From assembly GCA_016937695.1 (NCBI GenBank), contig JAFGWC010000119.1:9691-73690 (forward strand): a DNA stretch of 64,000 nucleotides, given 5' to 3'. Below the pieces are notes generated by a model, which saw only the letters and a program-made list of their open reading frames with translations, did no database searches and was not told the origin of the DNA. A program made the position numbers and the translations under genes. The stretch's first letter is position 1; each line of letters begins with the position of its first letter. This stretch comes from Bacteroidales bacterium. GTDB taxonomy: Bacteria; Bacteroidota; Bacteroidia; Bacteroidales; NBLH01. This document shows, in pieces, positions 11,514 through 21,426 of this stretch.

Positions 11514-11990
11514 TTATTTCTTTTCACCAACATATTTCTGTCTTACTTCACCAGTATAGGTATCAAAAATAATTTTTCTTCCTAGTTTTCCGCCTAAACT
11601 TGAACTTAGAATCTGTATATTTTCTTCGTGAAGTATGTCTTTTGCAATACGAATATTTCTTTCGCCAATCATAAACTGGTTTATGTTTGTGGCAATTATC
11701 TCGGCACCTCCAAAAATTTTAGCTTTAATGTTAGATCTAGAGCTACCAAGAGCTTCCAACTTTTCAATTATTTTTTTTATTGCAATATTTCCATATCGTG
11801 GAGAAGCAAGTCCTTGTCCATTCCATAGAGGTAACATAAAATGATTCATTCCACCAATTTTTATAACAGGGTCGTATAAACAAACAGCAACACATGAACC
11901 TAATATTGTAGTAATATAGTAAGGTTCTGTATTTGCAAAAATTGCGCCCGGATATAAAAAATGTTTTGGTCTTTCCATATTATGAAACAT
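11514..11990 (-). CDS. cheD: Chemoreceptor glutamine deamidase
   Basis: TTILGSCVAVCL, GGMNHFMLP, AKIFGGA, IGERN. Confidence 0.95.
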   Translation of the reverse strand: MFHNMERPKHFLYPGAIFANTEPYYITTILGSCVAVCLYDPVIKIGGMNHFMLPLWNGQGLASPRYGNIAIKKIIEKLEALGSSRSNIKAKIFGGAEIIATNINQFMIGERNIRIAKDILHEENIQILSSSLGGKLGRKIIFDTYTGEVRQKYVGEKK

Positions 11991-12883
11991 TAAAAAATTT
12001 CATCATCACCAAAAATCATTTCATTTCCATCTGCAGAGAAAGAACCTGTTTCTTGATCAGGTTCGGGTATTGATACTGTGAAGACAGTGCCTGAATTTTT
12101 TTCGCTTTTTATTTTTATATCTCCATCTAAAAAATCTAATATGGCTTTATTAATAGATAAACCTAGACCATGTCCTCTATTTAAAGAATTAATACCACTA
12201 TCTAATCTTTTAAATCTATCAAAAATTACTTGCTGATTTTTTTCGGAAATACCAATTCCAAAATCTTGAACTGAAATAAATAACTCTTTTCCTTCGAGCC
12301 ATCTTCTTATAATAATTTTATTGTTTTTACTGAATTTTACAGCATTATCAACCAAATTAGATAAAATAATTCTAAGTTTTTCTGAATCTGTTTTAAATGT
12401 AAAACTTCGGTCTTCACCGTTATCAGTAATAAATTCAAATTTCAATTGTTTTTTTTCAGTTTCAGGAGTGAAAGACTCAATAACAGATTCAATAAGTTGA
12501 TCGACTTTTACATTTGAAACTTCCATAAATAATTCACCTGATTCAATTTCAGCAGCGACAAAAATATTTTTTAGCTGAAAATCAAGATTAAAAGCTTCTG
12601 AATGTATTAATCTAGCCATTCTATTAACTTTTTCCCAGTCGCCTTCTTTTACAAGCGTGATATTTTTTGAAAGAACAACAATTGAAGTAAAAGGATTAAC
12701 TATTTCATTCGTTATATTTGAAATAAAATGGCTTTTAAGTGCTTCAGATTCACCTAGTTTTTTATTAACTTCCTTGAGTTCTTTTGTCAGCTTTTCTAAT
12801 TTCTCCAATGAGTTTTTCTTTTCTTCAAACCTAATCTTTAACTCTTCGATTAAAAGTTCGTCAGTTATTTTTATATTACTCAT
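11990..12883 (-). CDS. Sensorless HisKA/HATPase_c protein with H-box His replaced by Asn (probable pseudokinase)
   Basis: H-box reads FISNITNEIVNPF; N box NLVDNAVKF, G1 DFGIGI, F box IFDRF, G2 GHGLGL intact. Confidence 0.85.
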   Translation of the reverse strand: MSNIKITDELLIEELKIRFEEKKNSLEKLEKLTKELKEVNKKLGESEALKSHFISNITNEIVNPFTSIVVLSKNITLVKEGDWEKVNRMARLIHSEAFNLDFQLKNIFVAAEIESGELFMEVSNVKVDQLIESVIESFTPETEKKQLKFEFITDNGEDRSFTFKTDSEKLRIILSNLVDNAVKFSKNNKIIIRRWLEGKELFISVQDFGIGISEKNQQVIFDRFKRLDSGINSLNRGHGLGLSINKAILDFLDGDIKIKSEKNSGTVFTVSIPEPDQETGSFSADGNEMIFGDDEIF

Positions 12884-12903
12884 TTTATAATGTTTTAAAT
12901 ATA

Positions 12904-13749
12904 TTATTCTCTTATATAAATTGTTGGTTTAACTTGCTTTAAAGGAGCTTCAATATTTGTAATTGACTCTGAATGCCCTAAGAAAAAATATCCTCCTGGT
13001 TTTAAATTATTACATAATTTATTAATAACTTTTTCTTGAGTTTCTCTATCGAAATAAATAAGTACATTTCGGCAAAAAATTATATCAAACTTTTCATTTA
13101 CAGCATAATGGTCATCCATAAAATTTAATCTTTGATATTTTGTCTTTTTTCTGAGATTAGCATTAACTTTTACAAGTTTCTTTGATTTATCTTTGCTTTT
13201 CATTAAATACTTTCTCTTTATATCTATAGGAATCATGGAAACAGCTTCCTCCGGATATACTGCATCAAATGCTTTTTTTAGCACAATTGTTGACAAATCT
13301 GTTCCAAAAATTGAAAAATCGAATCCTGGATTTTTCGATGCGAATTCGCTTAAAACGATTGCAAGTGTATATACTTCTTGACCGCTGGAACAACCGGCAC
13401 TCCATAGTTTAACAAATTTATTTTCCTTATATATTTTAGAAAGCACTTCATTTGTCAAATAATCAAAATGTGTTGCTTCTCTATAAAAATCCGTTTTATT
13501 AGTAGAAACAACATCCATCATATGAACTACTTCTTCTTGTCCATCTTTACTGAAAACAAAATCTACATATTCCTTAAAAGTATATATTTTTAAAGCTCTA
13601 AGTCTTTTCTGCAACCTACTTTGAAGCATAATTCTTTTAGCAGGAGGCATTTTTATACCATATCTAGTATATATAAATTTACTTAATTTATCAAACTCAA
13701 TATCAGTAAGTTTTGCTGCAAATATTTTCTGTAGGTCTATTTCTTCCAT
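12904..13749 (-). CDS. cheR: Chemotaxis protein-glutamate O-methyltransferase
   Basis: STNKTDFYRE, WSAGCSSGQEVYT, DIIFCRNVLIYF, LGHSES. Confidence 0.97.
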   Translation of the reverse strand: MEEIDLQKIFAAKLTDIEFDKLSKFIYTRYGIKMPPAKRIMLQSRLQKRLRALKIYTFKEYVDFVFSKDGQEEVVHMMDVVSTNKTDFYREATHFDYLTNEVLSKIYKENKFVKLWSAGCSSGQEVYTLAIVLSEFASKNPGFDFSIFGTDLSTIVLKKAFDAVYPEEAVSMIPIDIKRKYLMKSKDKSKKLVKVNANLRKKTKYQRLNFMDDHYAVNEKFDIIFCRNVLIYFDRETQEKVINKLCNNLKPGGYFFLGHSESITNIEAPLKQVKPTIYIRE

Positions 13750-13767
13750 AAAGAAAAAAAATATTCA

Positions 13768-15948
13768 TTAAAACTTTTCAAATTCATCATCACTATCTTC
13801 ATTCCCAAGATTAAAATTGAATCCTCTTTTTATGTCTTTAGGTTCTTTCGGCAATATTTCTTGCGTTTTAGAAATTTTCTTTTCTATTTTGGATTCAAAA
13901 TCTATTTTAAAATCTTTATTTTCTTTTTGTTCCAATTTTTCATCATATTCATTGTCATCTTCAATTTCTTTCATATCAGATTCAAAATCAGAAAAATCAT
14001 TAATTTCTTCTTTGTATTTATAATTAGAATTATCTATATCATCTTCATTTTGGGCAAAATCATTATTTTCTTTTTCATTATTTTCTTTATCTAAATTGAA
14101 AAACCCAATGAGCTTAGTTAATTCATCGGCATATGAATTAAGAGCTTCAACGTTCATTGCAAGTTGTTCTGCACTGGCTGCATTTTGTTGAGTAACATTG
14201 TTTAATTGTTGTAAAGCATTGTTAATCTGATCAGTACCAGCTCTTTGCTCAAGACTTGCATTTGTGATTTCTTGAACTAAAAGTGCTGTTTTTTTAATAT
14301 CCGGTACGATTTGGTCTAATAATTCTCCTGATTTTTTTGCACTTATAAAGCTTTTACTTGTTATATCATTAATATCGGCAGCAGCAACTTTTGAATTATC
14401 TGCTAATTTACCAACTTCTTTAGCAACTACTCCAAAACCTTTTCCATATTGTCCAGCTCTAGCAGCTTCAACAGAAGCATTAAGAGCAAGTATATTTGTT
14501 TGAAAAGCAATATCTCCAATTATAGATATTTTTTTTGCTATATCACCCATTGCACTGGTTGTAGCAATAACATTTTTACTACTAATTTCAATACCTGTTG
14601 CTGATTTTTGTGCCATAGCATCTGCTAGTTTTGAATTTTCAGCATTTTGTTCGATATTAGCATTAAGCTGCTCCATAGAGGCAGAAACCTCTTCGGTAGA
14701 GGAAGCTTGTTCTGATGCACCTTCGGATAATTTTATTGCTGTTTCAGATAAGGCATTACCAGATTTATATAAGTCTTCTGTTGTTTTTTTAATGTTTTTT
14801 ATTATTTCAAAAAACTTATCAACCATTGTTTGCAAGGATTGGCTTAAATCTTCAATTTCATCATTACCGACAACTTCAAAACTCACGTCTAAATTTCCTT
14901 GTGCTACTTTTTCTGCAATTTTGGATAATTTAAAAATTCTGGTTATAATTTTATTTGTATATATATATGCAATTGATAGCGCAAGAAGTAAAATTAATGA
15001 AACTAACCCTATTCTTTTTCCAAGTAACCAATTTGTGTCTTTAAGTACTGATTTTTCAGGTACTTTTATTATAACATACCACGCTTTGTCAACTCCTTCA
15101 AAATTAACAGGAACTGTAAATTTAAAATCTCCTTCTTCGAGAACTTCAATTTCATTAAAGTTCTCGAATAAATCATCTTTTTGATATCCATTTATGATAT
15201 CAGTGATATTTTTTCCAACATTGGCTTTATTTTTATTATCTGCATTTATAATTCCACCGTCAGAAACAATAAATATTTGGGCTGCTCCATTAAATAGTTC
15301 AGTGTTTGAAATATAGTTTTGAATCCAATCAATTGAAATATCAACACCTAATACTCCTGAAATTTCATTGTTACTATATATAGCCTTGCCGTATGAAATC
15401 ATTAGTAAAGAATCTCCTTCAAGAAAATCTTTATAGGGCTCAGTAAAAATTTGTCCATTATGTTGTTTTAAATAAGAAACAACATCAGATTTAAAATTGT
15501 AGTTCCATCTATCTAAATATGAATAAACACCTTTTTTATTTATATATTTAAATGAAGTTAAAGTTTCATTAGTTCCACTATTATCAATTTTATTAAAATG
15601 ATTAGGTAAAAAATTCAAAAAAACTGTCAGGACTTGTTTGTTTTCAATCAAAAATTTATTTTCCATTTGGTGTATTTGTTCTAAATCAAAATTACTTACA
15701 CCATTTTCATCCATTGTAGAAGACAATATATCTGTAAAAGTATTTAGTGCTTTAAAAACCTGATTTAAGTCTTGTCCAATGCCTTTAGAATAAATTTCAG
15801 CATTAGTTTTTGCATTAGTTTTTGCAAGTATTATTGCATCATCTCTCAACTTTAATGAAGAAATAATTATAACAATTATTATTGGAACTAAAACACTTAA
15901 GCCTATTATTGATATTAATTTCGTTCTTATTGAACCTGTATTTTTCAT
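13768..15948 (-). CDS. Methyl-accepting chemotaxis protein (TM-dCache-like-TM-HAMP-MA) with C-terminal pentapeptide EFEKF
   Basis: IAFQTNILALNASVEAARAG hairpin tip; TEPYKD Cache-like motif; HAMP DEIEDL; acidic linker. Confidence 0.95.
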   Translation of the reverse strand: MKNTGSIRTKLISIIGLSVLVPIIIVIIISSLKLRDDAIILAKTNAKTNAEIYSKGIGQDLNQVFKALNTFTDILSSTMDENGVSNFDLEQIHQMENKFLIENKQVLTVFLNFLPNHFNKIDNSGTNETLTSFKYINKKGVYSYLDRWNYNFKSDVVSYLKQHNGQIFTEPYKDFLEGDSLLMISYGKAIYSNNEISGVLGVDISIDWIQNYISNTELFNGAAQIFIVSDGGIINADNKNKANVGKNITDIINGYQKDDLFENFNEIEVLEEGDFKFTVPVNFEGVDKAWYVIIKVPEKSVLKDTNWLLGKRIGLVSLILLLALSIAYIYTNKIITRIFKLSKIAEKVAQGNLDVSFEVVGNDEIEDLSQSLQTMVDKFFEIIKNIKKTTEDLYKSGNALSETAIKLSEGASEQASSTEEVSASMEQLNANIEQNAENSKLADAMAQKSATGIEISSKNVIATTSAMGDIAKKISIIGDIAFQTNILALNASVEAARAGQYGKGFGVVAKEVGKLADNSKVAAADINDITSKSFISAKKSGELLDQIVPDIKKTALLVQEITNASLEQRAGTDQINNALQQLNNVTQQNAASAEQLAMNVEALNSYADELTKLIGFFNLDKENNEKENNDFAQNEDDIDNSNYKYKEEINDFSDFESDMKEIEDDNEYDEKLEQKENKDFKIDFESKIEKKISKTQEILPKEPKDIKRGFNFNLGNEDSDDEFEKF

Positions 15949-15997
15949 TATATTTTTTTGTTAAATTTTTGTTTCAAATATCATCCTTGTTAATTCA

Positions 15998-16492
15998 CTA
16001 TGTTTCAGGCATATCATCAAGAAGCATAGATGCATGATCGAATGCAAAAATTTTATCCATATCAAGAATCATTATAAATTTATCTTTTGATTTTAAAAGT
16101 CCTGTAATAAATTCTGATTTATATTTAGTTCCTACACTTAACGGCGGTTGAATTTCATTTTCTTTAACTTCTATTACTTCCTCAACAGAGTCAACTATTG
16201 CACCAACTTCAACCATTTCATTATCGATAAGTACTTCTAAAACAAGAATACATGTTTCTTTTGTATTTTCAGATATAATTTCATTAAATTTCATTCTTAT
16301 ATCGATAACACCAAGAACACTACCTCTAAGGTTAATAACGCCTTTTAGAACATCACTAGATTTAGGGACTTTAGTTATAGGCACTAATTCCAAAATATTT
16401 AAAACCTTACTAACATGTACAGCAAAAAACTCATCGCTTAATTTAAACGAAAGGTAAGAATTCGTTAATTGATCAATATCTTCATCTATCAT
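15998..16492 (-). CDS. cheW: Chemotaxis coupling protein
   Basis: YLSFKL..FAV, ITKVP, GVINLRG, IVDSVEEV. Confidence 0.95.
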   Translation of the reverse strand: MIDEDIDQLTNSYLSFKLSDEFFAVHVSKVLNILELVPITKVPKSSDVLKGVINLRGSVLGVIDIRMKFNEIISENTKETCILVLEVLIDNEMVEVGAIVDSVEEVIEVKENEIQPPLSVGTKYKSEFITGLLKSKDKFIMILDMDKIFAFDHASMLLDDMPET

Positions 16493-16503
16493 AATACTAA
16501 TAT

Positions 16504-18528
16504 CTAATTTTTAAATGAAAATTCATGTATAATTTTATTTGTGTCTAAAACTAAAGCAATAGTTCCATCACCAAGAATAGTTGCACCAGAAATTATTTCA
16601 TGGTTTTTGTATAATTTCCCAAGAGGTTTAAGCACTGCCTGATATTCACCTATAACATCATCAACGGCTAATCCTATTTTTTTATCTTCATATTTTACAA
16701 TAACCATTTGCTCAACTTCAAGAGGTTCTGTGTCAATTTCAAATTCATCTCTTAAATAATAAAAAGGTATTTGTTCGCCATCGATAATAATTATATTATT
16801 GTATGCTTTTTTAAAATCTTGATGATTAACTGCATAAATTTTATTTACAAGATTTAAAGGCATAACATATTTGGTATTTCCTATCATAACTAACAAACCA
16901 TCAATAATTGAAAGCGTTAATGGAAGTTTTATAGTAATAGTTGTCCCTACGTTTGTTTTTGAATCTAATTCTACAGTGCCTCTAATTTCTTCAATTTTTC
17001 TTTTAACTACATCCATTCCAACTCCTCTTCCTGACACATCGGTAACATTTTCAGCAGTTGAAAATCCGGGCAGAAAAATAATATCTAAAAGTTCTCTTTC
17101 TGTTAATTTGCTATCATGCTGAATTAATTCTTTGCTTATTGCTTTTTGCCTTACTTTGGCTAGGTCAATTCCTTTTCCATCGTCTTGAATTTTAATAACT
17201 ACATTTGCTCCGGAATAATATGCTTTTAAATATATCATTCCTTTAAGTGTTTTCCCTAATTTCACTCTTTCTTTTTCAGATTCAATTCCGTGATCTACAC
17301 TGTTTCTGATTATATGCATTAATGGGTCTGTAAGGCCTTGTATTAATGTTTTATCTAGCTCTGTTTCAGCGCCTTCTGTAATAAAATCTATGTTTTTACC
17401 AAATTCTGTAGATAAATCTCTAATTAACCTATGGAAACGCGTTAACATTGTTTCTATTGGGATAAGAGATATATTGAAAGCGGTGTCTCTTAATTGTCTT
17501 GTAATATTTTCAATATTTTCGGCAAGTTGATTAAGTTCTTGAACTTTATTTTCTTCAACAAAAAGGCTCAAACTTGCTTGTGAAGTAACTAGTTCACTAA
17601 CTAAATTCATTAACTCATCTATTTTATCGGATGAAACTCTGATGCTTGAAATTACATTTTCTTTTGTAAATGTACTCAGTTTTTCAGTAACTGTATCTAT
17701 TTTATTTTTTTTCTCTTTTTCGTAATTATTAATAAAGGGACTTAATATACTTAAATCAAAATGAGATTTTTCATCAAAAAGGTCTTCTATTTTATCTAAA
17801 ATTTCACTTTCAGATAAAATATCAAAATTTGCAATATTTGAAATTTCTAGTTCACTTTCGTCTTCAACAAAAATAAAAACATCTTGAATTGATGCAACTG
17901 GTTCTTTAGTAACTAAAAATACTTCCCATGAAGTGTAGCATTTACTGAAATTAAATTTTGAAAGAAGAGGGATTTTTTGAGTTCGAGTATATACATTACA
18001 ATTTCCAATAGTATTTAATTCATCTAAAAGATATAAAGGGTTGGTTCCGTTATCCATAATGGATTCATTGGGTCCAAAATAAATATAGAATGTTTGAACA
18101 CTTTCTTCTTTTTCGGTTTCAGGGATTTGTGTTTCAATAATTTTTTTATCGTGTTTTTTTAAAATTCCTTCAACTTTGCTCAATAAAATATTATGATTTT
18201 TACTAATTTGTTCATTTTTTAAAGCTTCAGGATCTAGTAAATTTCTTAAATGGTCTACCGATGAGAAAGTAATACTGAGTAATTCTTCAGTTACTAATAA
18301 ATTCCCATTTCTGATTTCATCATAAATTGTTTCAAGATTGTGTGTAAAATTACTGATTTCATCAAATCCAAACATTCCTCCTCCTCCTTTTAAAGAGTGC
18401 ATAATCCTAAAAACAGAGGCAACTATCTCTGTATCTTTAGGTTGTTTTTCAAGAGAAAGTAAAGCTTGTTCCAAATCATTAATTAAATCGGTAGCTTCTT
18501 CAATAAATTTTTTTTGAAAATTATCCAT
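16504..18528 (-). CDS. cheA: Chemotaxis histidine kinase
   Basis: HPT FRIMHSLKG, dimerisation DELMNLVSELV, HATPase RNSVDHG/DDGKG/SGRGVGMDVV, C-terminal CheW domain. Confidence 0.97.
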   Translation of the reverse strand: MDNFQKKFIEEATDLINDLEQALLSLEKQPKDTEIVASVFRIMHSLKGGGGMFGFDEISNFTHNLETIYDEIRNGNLLVTEELLSITFSSVDHLRNLLDPEALKNEQISKNHNILLSKVEGILKKHDKKIIETQIPETEKEESVQTFYIYFGPNESIMDNGTNPLYLLDELNTIGNCNVYTRTQKIPLLSKFNFSKCYTSWEVFLVTKEPVASIQDVFIFVEDESELEISNIANFDILSESEILDKIEDLFDEKSHFDLSILSPFINNYEKEKKNKIDTVTEKLSTFTKENVISSIRVSSDKIDELMNLVSELVTSQASLSLFVEENKVQELNQLAENIENITRQLRDTAFNISLIPIETMLTRFHRLIRDLSTEFGKNIDFITEGAETELDKTLIQGLTDPLMHIIRNSVDHGIESEKERVKLGKTLKGMIYLKAYYSGANVVIKIQDDGKGIDLAKVRQKAISKELIQHDSKLTERELLDIIFLPGFSTAENVTDVSGRGVGMDVVKRKIEEIRGTVELDSKTNVGTTITIKLPLTLSIIDGLLVMIGNTKYVMPLNLVNKIYAVNHQDFKKAYNNIIIIDGEQIPFYYLRDEFEIDTEPLEVEQMVIVKYEDKKIGLAVDDVIGEYQAVLKPLGKLYKNHEIISGATILGDGTIALVLDTNKIIHEFSFKN

Positions 18529-18617
18529 TTTAGATAAATTTAACTTAACTGAAAATAAATTAGGTTTTTACACCTTTAAAATTAATAACACTCTTAAAAA
18601 AGTTACAATTAATAAAG

Positions 18618-18983
18618 TTATCTCATAACTTTATTAATTGCAGCTAAAAGTTTGGCTGGCACAAAAGGTTTAATAATCCAACCGGTAGCACCTGCATCTT
18701 TAGCTTCCATTTTTTTATCACGTTGCGATTCTGTTGTTAAAAATAATATAGGAATTCTTGTATAATCATTAATTTTCCTTACTTCTCGAATAAGTTCTAT
18801 GCCATTCATATTTGGCATATGCAAGTCTGTAAGTAATAAATCAATAATTTGTCCATCGAAATGCTTTATTGCATCTTGTCCATCGATTGCAACAATTATA
18901 TTATAACCTGCATTTTCTAAAGTAAAACTTACTACTTCGCGAATACTTTCTGAATCATCAACAATTAAAATAGTTTTAGCCAT
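18618..18983 (-). CDS. cheY: Chemotaxis response regulator
   Basis: IVDDS, TDLHMPNMNG, LTTES, GATGWIIKPF; directly upstream of cheA. Confidence 0.9.
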   Translation of the reverse strand: MAKTILIVDDSESIREVVSFTLENAGYNIIVAIDGQDAIKHFDGQIIDLLLTDLHMPNMNGIELIREVRKINDYTRIPILFLTTESQRDKKMEAKDAGATGWIIKPFVPAKLLAAINKVMR

Positions 18984-19017
18984 GATTAATTAAATTAAAT
19001 GTTTTTACAGCTATATA

Positions 19018-19338
19018 TTATAGAGATTTTATAATACTTGTTAAGCCTGAAATTTGTAATAGTTCTAATATATCTTTTGATAGATCAATATTAAATGAAA
19101 TCTTTTTATTGTGTGAAATACAAGTGTTTTTTAATGAAACAAGAAGTTGAATTGTTGCCAAATCGCAAACAGTAACATCATTAATATTTATCACAAGATT
19201 TTCATAATCTTTTTCTGCAGTTTTCAGATTTTTAACTACTTCTTTTAAATTATTAACACCCAAATCTCCACCCATAAAAATTTGTACTTTTTTATCTCCT
19301 TTTTTTGGCGCTTGAATTCTAAAATTAATATCTTTCAT
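19018..19338 (-). CDS. STAS-domain protein of the chemosensory cluster
   Basis: ~106 aa, GDLGV..., DLATIQLLVSL, LLQISGL; upstream of cheY-cheA. Confidence 0.75.
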   Translation of the reverse strand: MKDINFRIQAPKKGDKKVQIFMGGDLGVNNLKEVVKNLKTAEKDYENLVININDVTVCDLATIQLLVSLKNTCISHNKKISFNIDLSKDILELLQISGLTSIIKSL

Positions 19339-19458
19339 TTGTTATATTTTATTTATATATAATGTCAAATGGAACATTCAAATTATTAAAATAAAAAACT
19401 CAACTCTTATTTTTTCATCACTTAAAATTTTTTAAATATATTAACTTAAAATATATTT

Positions 19459-21255
19459 TCAAAAAAATTCAATTTCATCATCATTTTCAGAGTCAAGATC
19501 TTCGTTTAATACATTACCATGAATAATCCTTTGGCTTTCCATAGTATATCTTTCTTTTATTTTATCAAGACTTTCATGTGACTCTTCTAGTTTTGTAACT
19601 GAAGCGTCATCTCTTATAGTCAAATATATATTATTTAATTCAAGTATTATTTCTTCAATAACTTTTTCAAAAAAGTCATAATATTTTACTTTTTCTATTG
19701 AACTTTGTATGTCTAGTGCTAATTTACTACCTAATTGTCCGTTTTGTTTTAAGATATTTTCAATGCTCGAGTTATTTTCATTTAAAATATTTACAATAGA
19801 ATATATATTTTCAGATAATTGCTTTAAATTAGATTTAAAATTATTTTCTTTATAAGCATTACTTAAAGTTTCTAATAGATATAATTCATCATAATTTTTC
19901 TCAAAATATTTTTTTGTTTGACTTAATTCTTCCTCGATGTTAAGATTAATTTCAACGATTTGTTTTTTTAATTTTTTCAATTCAGGATATACACTAGCAT
20001 CTCTGCATAATTCTTCAATTATTTCATCGAAATTAGTCTTGAAATTTTTTCTGCTTTCACAAGTTTTTTCCAGATCATTTTTTATATCAATAAAAGTATC
20101 TTTTACATTACTGATTTTTATATCAAATTCTTCACCATTAATTGCAAATTGATTAATTAATTCTACTGATTTTTCTAATTTGTTTTCAATTTCTCTAAAA
20201 TGTGTTATTCCAAAAATAGGATTATGCCCTGAAAAAGAAGTGCACATTGATGAAATTACTTTCATATCTTCACCAATTTCCATAAAATTTTTAGTGATTT
20301 TTTCAATTGCATCCTGATATTCTTGATTTGTGTATATAAGTTGAGCAACTTGTATTCCGGCGATATCTCTAATTTTTAAAAATTTCTTAGTTTGCTCAGT
20401 AAGTTCAGTTTTTTTATCTTTATAATCAAAGTCGTTGAGTTCATCAATTATCTCTTTATGAGTTTGCTGAACATGTTCCATTTTTTGTCTGATAATATCA
20501 TGAAATTGTAAATTTGTAATAATTTTGCTTACATTTTCAAAATAGTTTTCAGTTTTTTTTGCTAAAATAGGCATTTGAACAGATGCTTCCTGATGTTTAG
20601 CTGTTAAAATTGTAACACTTGATTTAATTTGCTCTAAAATTGCTTCAAGAGTATAGTTTTGTTGCTCTTTAAACTCATTAAAAAAATTCAGAACTGACTT
20701 AACAATTACTTTTACTTTATTATTCTTTTCATTAAAAGAATCATATGTATCTTTTATTATTTTAATTTCTATAATTACTTTATCAATTTTTTGAATTATT
20801 TCTGTTTTATCAGGATTGTAAGAAAGATTTAACTTTAAGTTTGCAAACAAAAAATTAAGAGTCATCAAGTTTTGATTGAAGTTCTTAACCGGGATAAACA
20901 TGGCGTTAAGAGTGACTTGCATTGAATCTAATATTTTAGCCGCTTTTATAACGCTATTTAAAAAATCATCAATTTGAAGTTTTAAACCTAAATGAAATGA
21001 ATCTAGCTTTTTCAATAAGTAATTTCTATCTTTTCCAGCTAATATTTCAAAAAGTTTATTTGCGTTTCCTGAAATATCATTGGCAATTTTAGAATTATCT
21101 TTCAAATTTGAATTTAATAGTAAGAAATCCTTTGAAGAGGATTCGTTTAATGCAGTAATCTTAACATCAATGTCTGATAATAGAATAATGATTTCTTTTA
21201 TCGAATCCCTATTGAGAGAAAATCTATAATTACTAGTCTTCATATCATCGCCCAT
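19459..21255 (-). CDS. Cytoplasmic MCP-like coiled-coil protein with CheZ-like DxxxQ motif
   Basis: All-helical, no TM; LQFHDIIRQKMEHV; RYTMESQRIIH; ends DDEIEFF; first gene of the cluster. Confidence 0.65.
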   Translation of the reverse strand: MGDDMKTSNYRFSLNRDSIKEIIILLSDIDVKITALNESSSKDFLLLNSNLKDNSKIANDISGNANKLFEILAGKDRNYLLKKLDSFHLGLKLQIDDFLNSVIKAAKILDSMQVTLNAMFIPVKNFNQNLMTLNFLFANLKLNLSYNPDKTEIIQKIDKVIIEIKIIKDTYDSFNEKNNKVKVIVKSVLNFFNEFKEQQNYTLEAILEQIKSSVTILTAKHQEASVQMPILAKKTENYFENVSKIITNLQFHDIIRQKMEHVQQTHKEIIDELNDFDYKDKKTELTEQTKKFLKIRDIAGIQVAQLIYTNQEYQDAIEKITKNFMEIGEDMKVISSMCTSFSGHNPIFGITHFREIENKLEKSVELINQFAINGEEFDIKISNVKDTFIDIKNDLEKTCESRKNFKTNFDEIIEELCRDASVYPELKKLKKQIVEINLNIEEELSQTKKYFEKNYDELYLLETLSNAYKENNFKSNLKQLSENIYSIVNILNENNSSIENILKQNGQLGSKLALDIQSSIEKVKYYDFFEKVIEEIILELNNIYLTIRDDASVTKLEESHESLDKIKERYTMESQRIIHGNVLNEDLDSENDDEIEFF

Positions 21256-21426
21256 CTATATATTTTTAACAAAAAAAATTATTTTGATAAATATACAAAT
21301 ATTTTTTTCATTTTACGAAATTCATTAATATTTATAAATAATTATTCACTTTTTTTAAATAAGCTAGCAAAGTTTTAATTTATTAAATTATATTTGCGCA
21401 ATTTTAAAAACTCAATAAAATCTATT

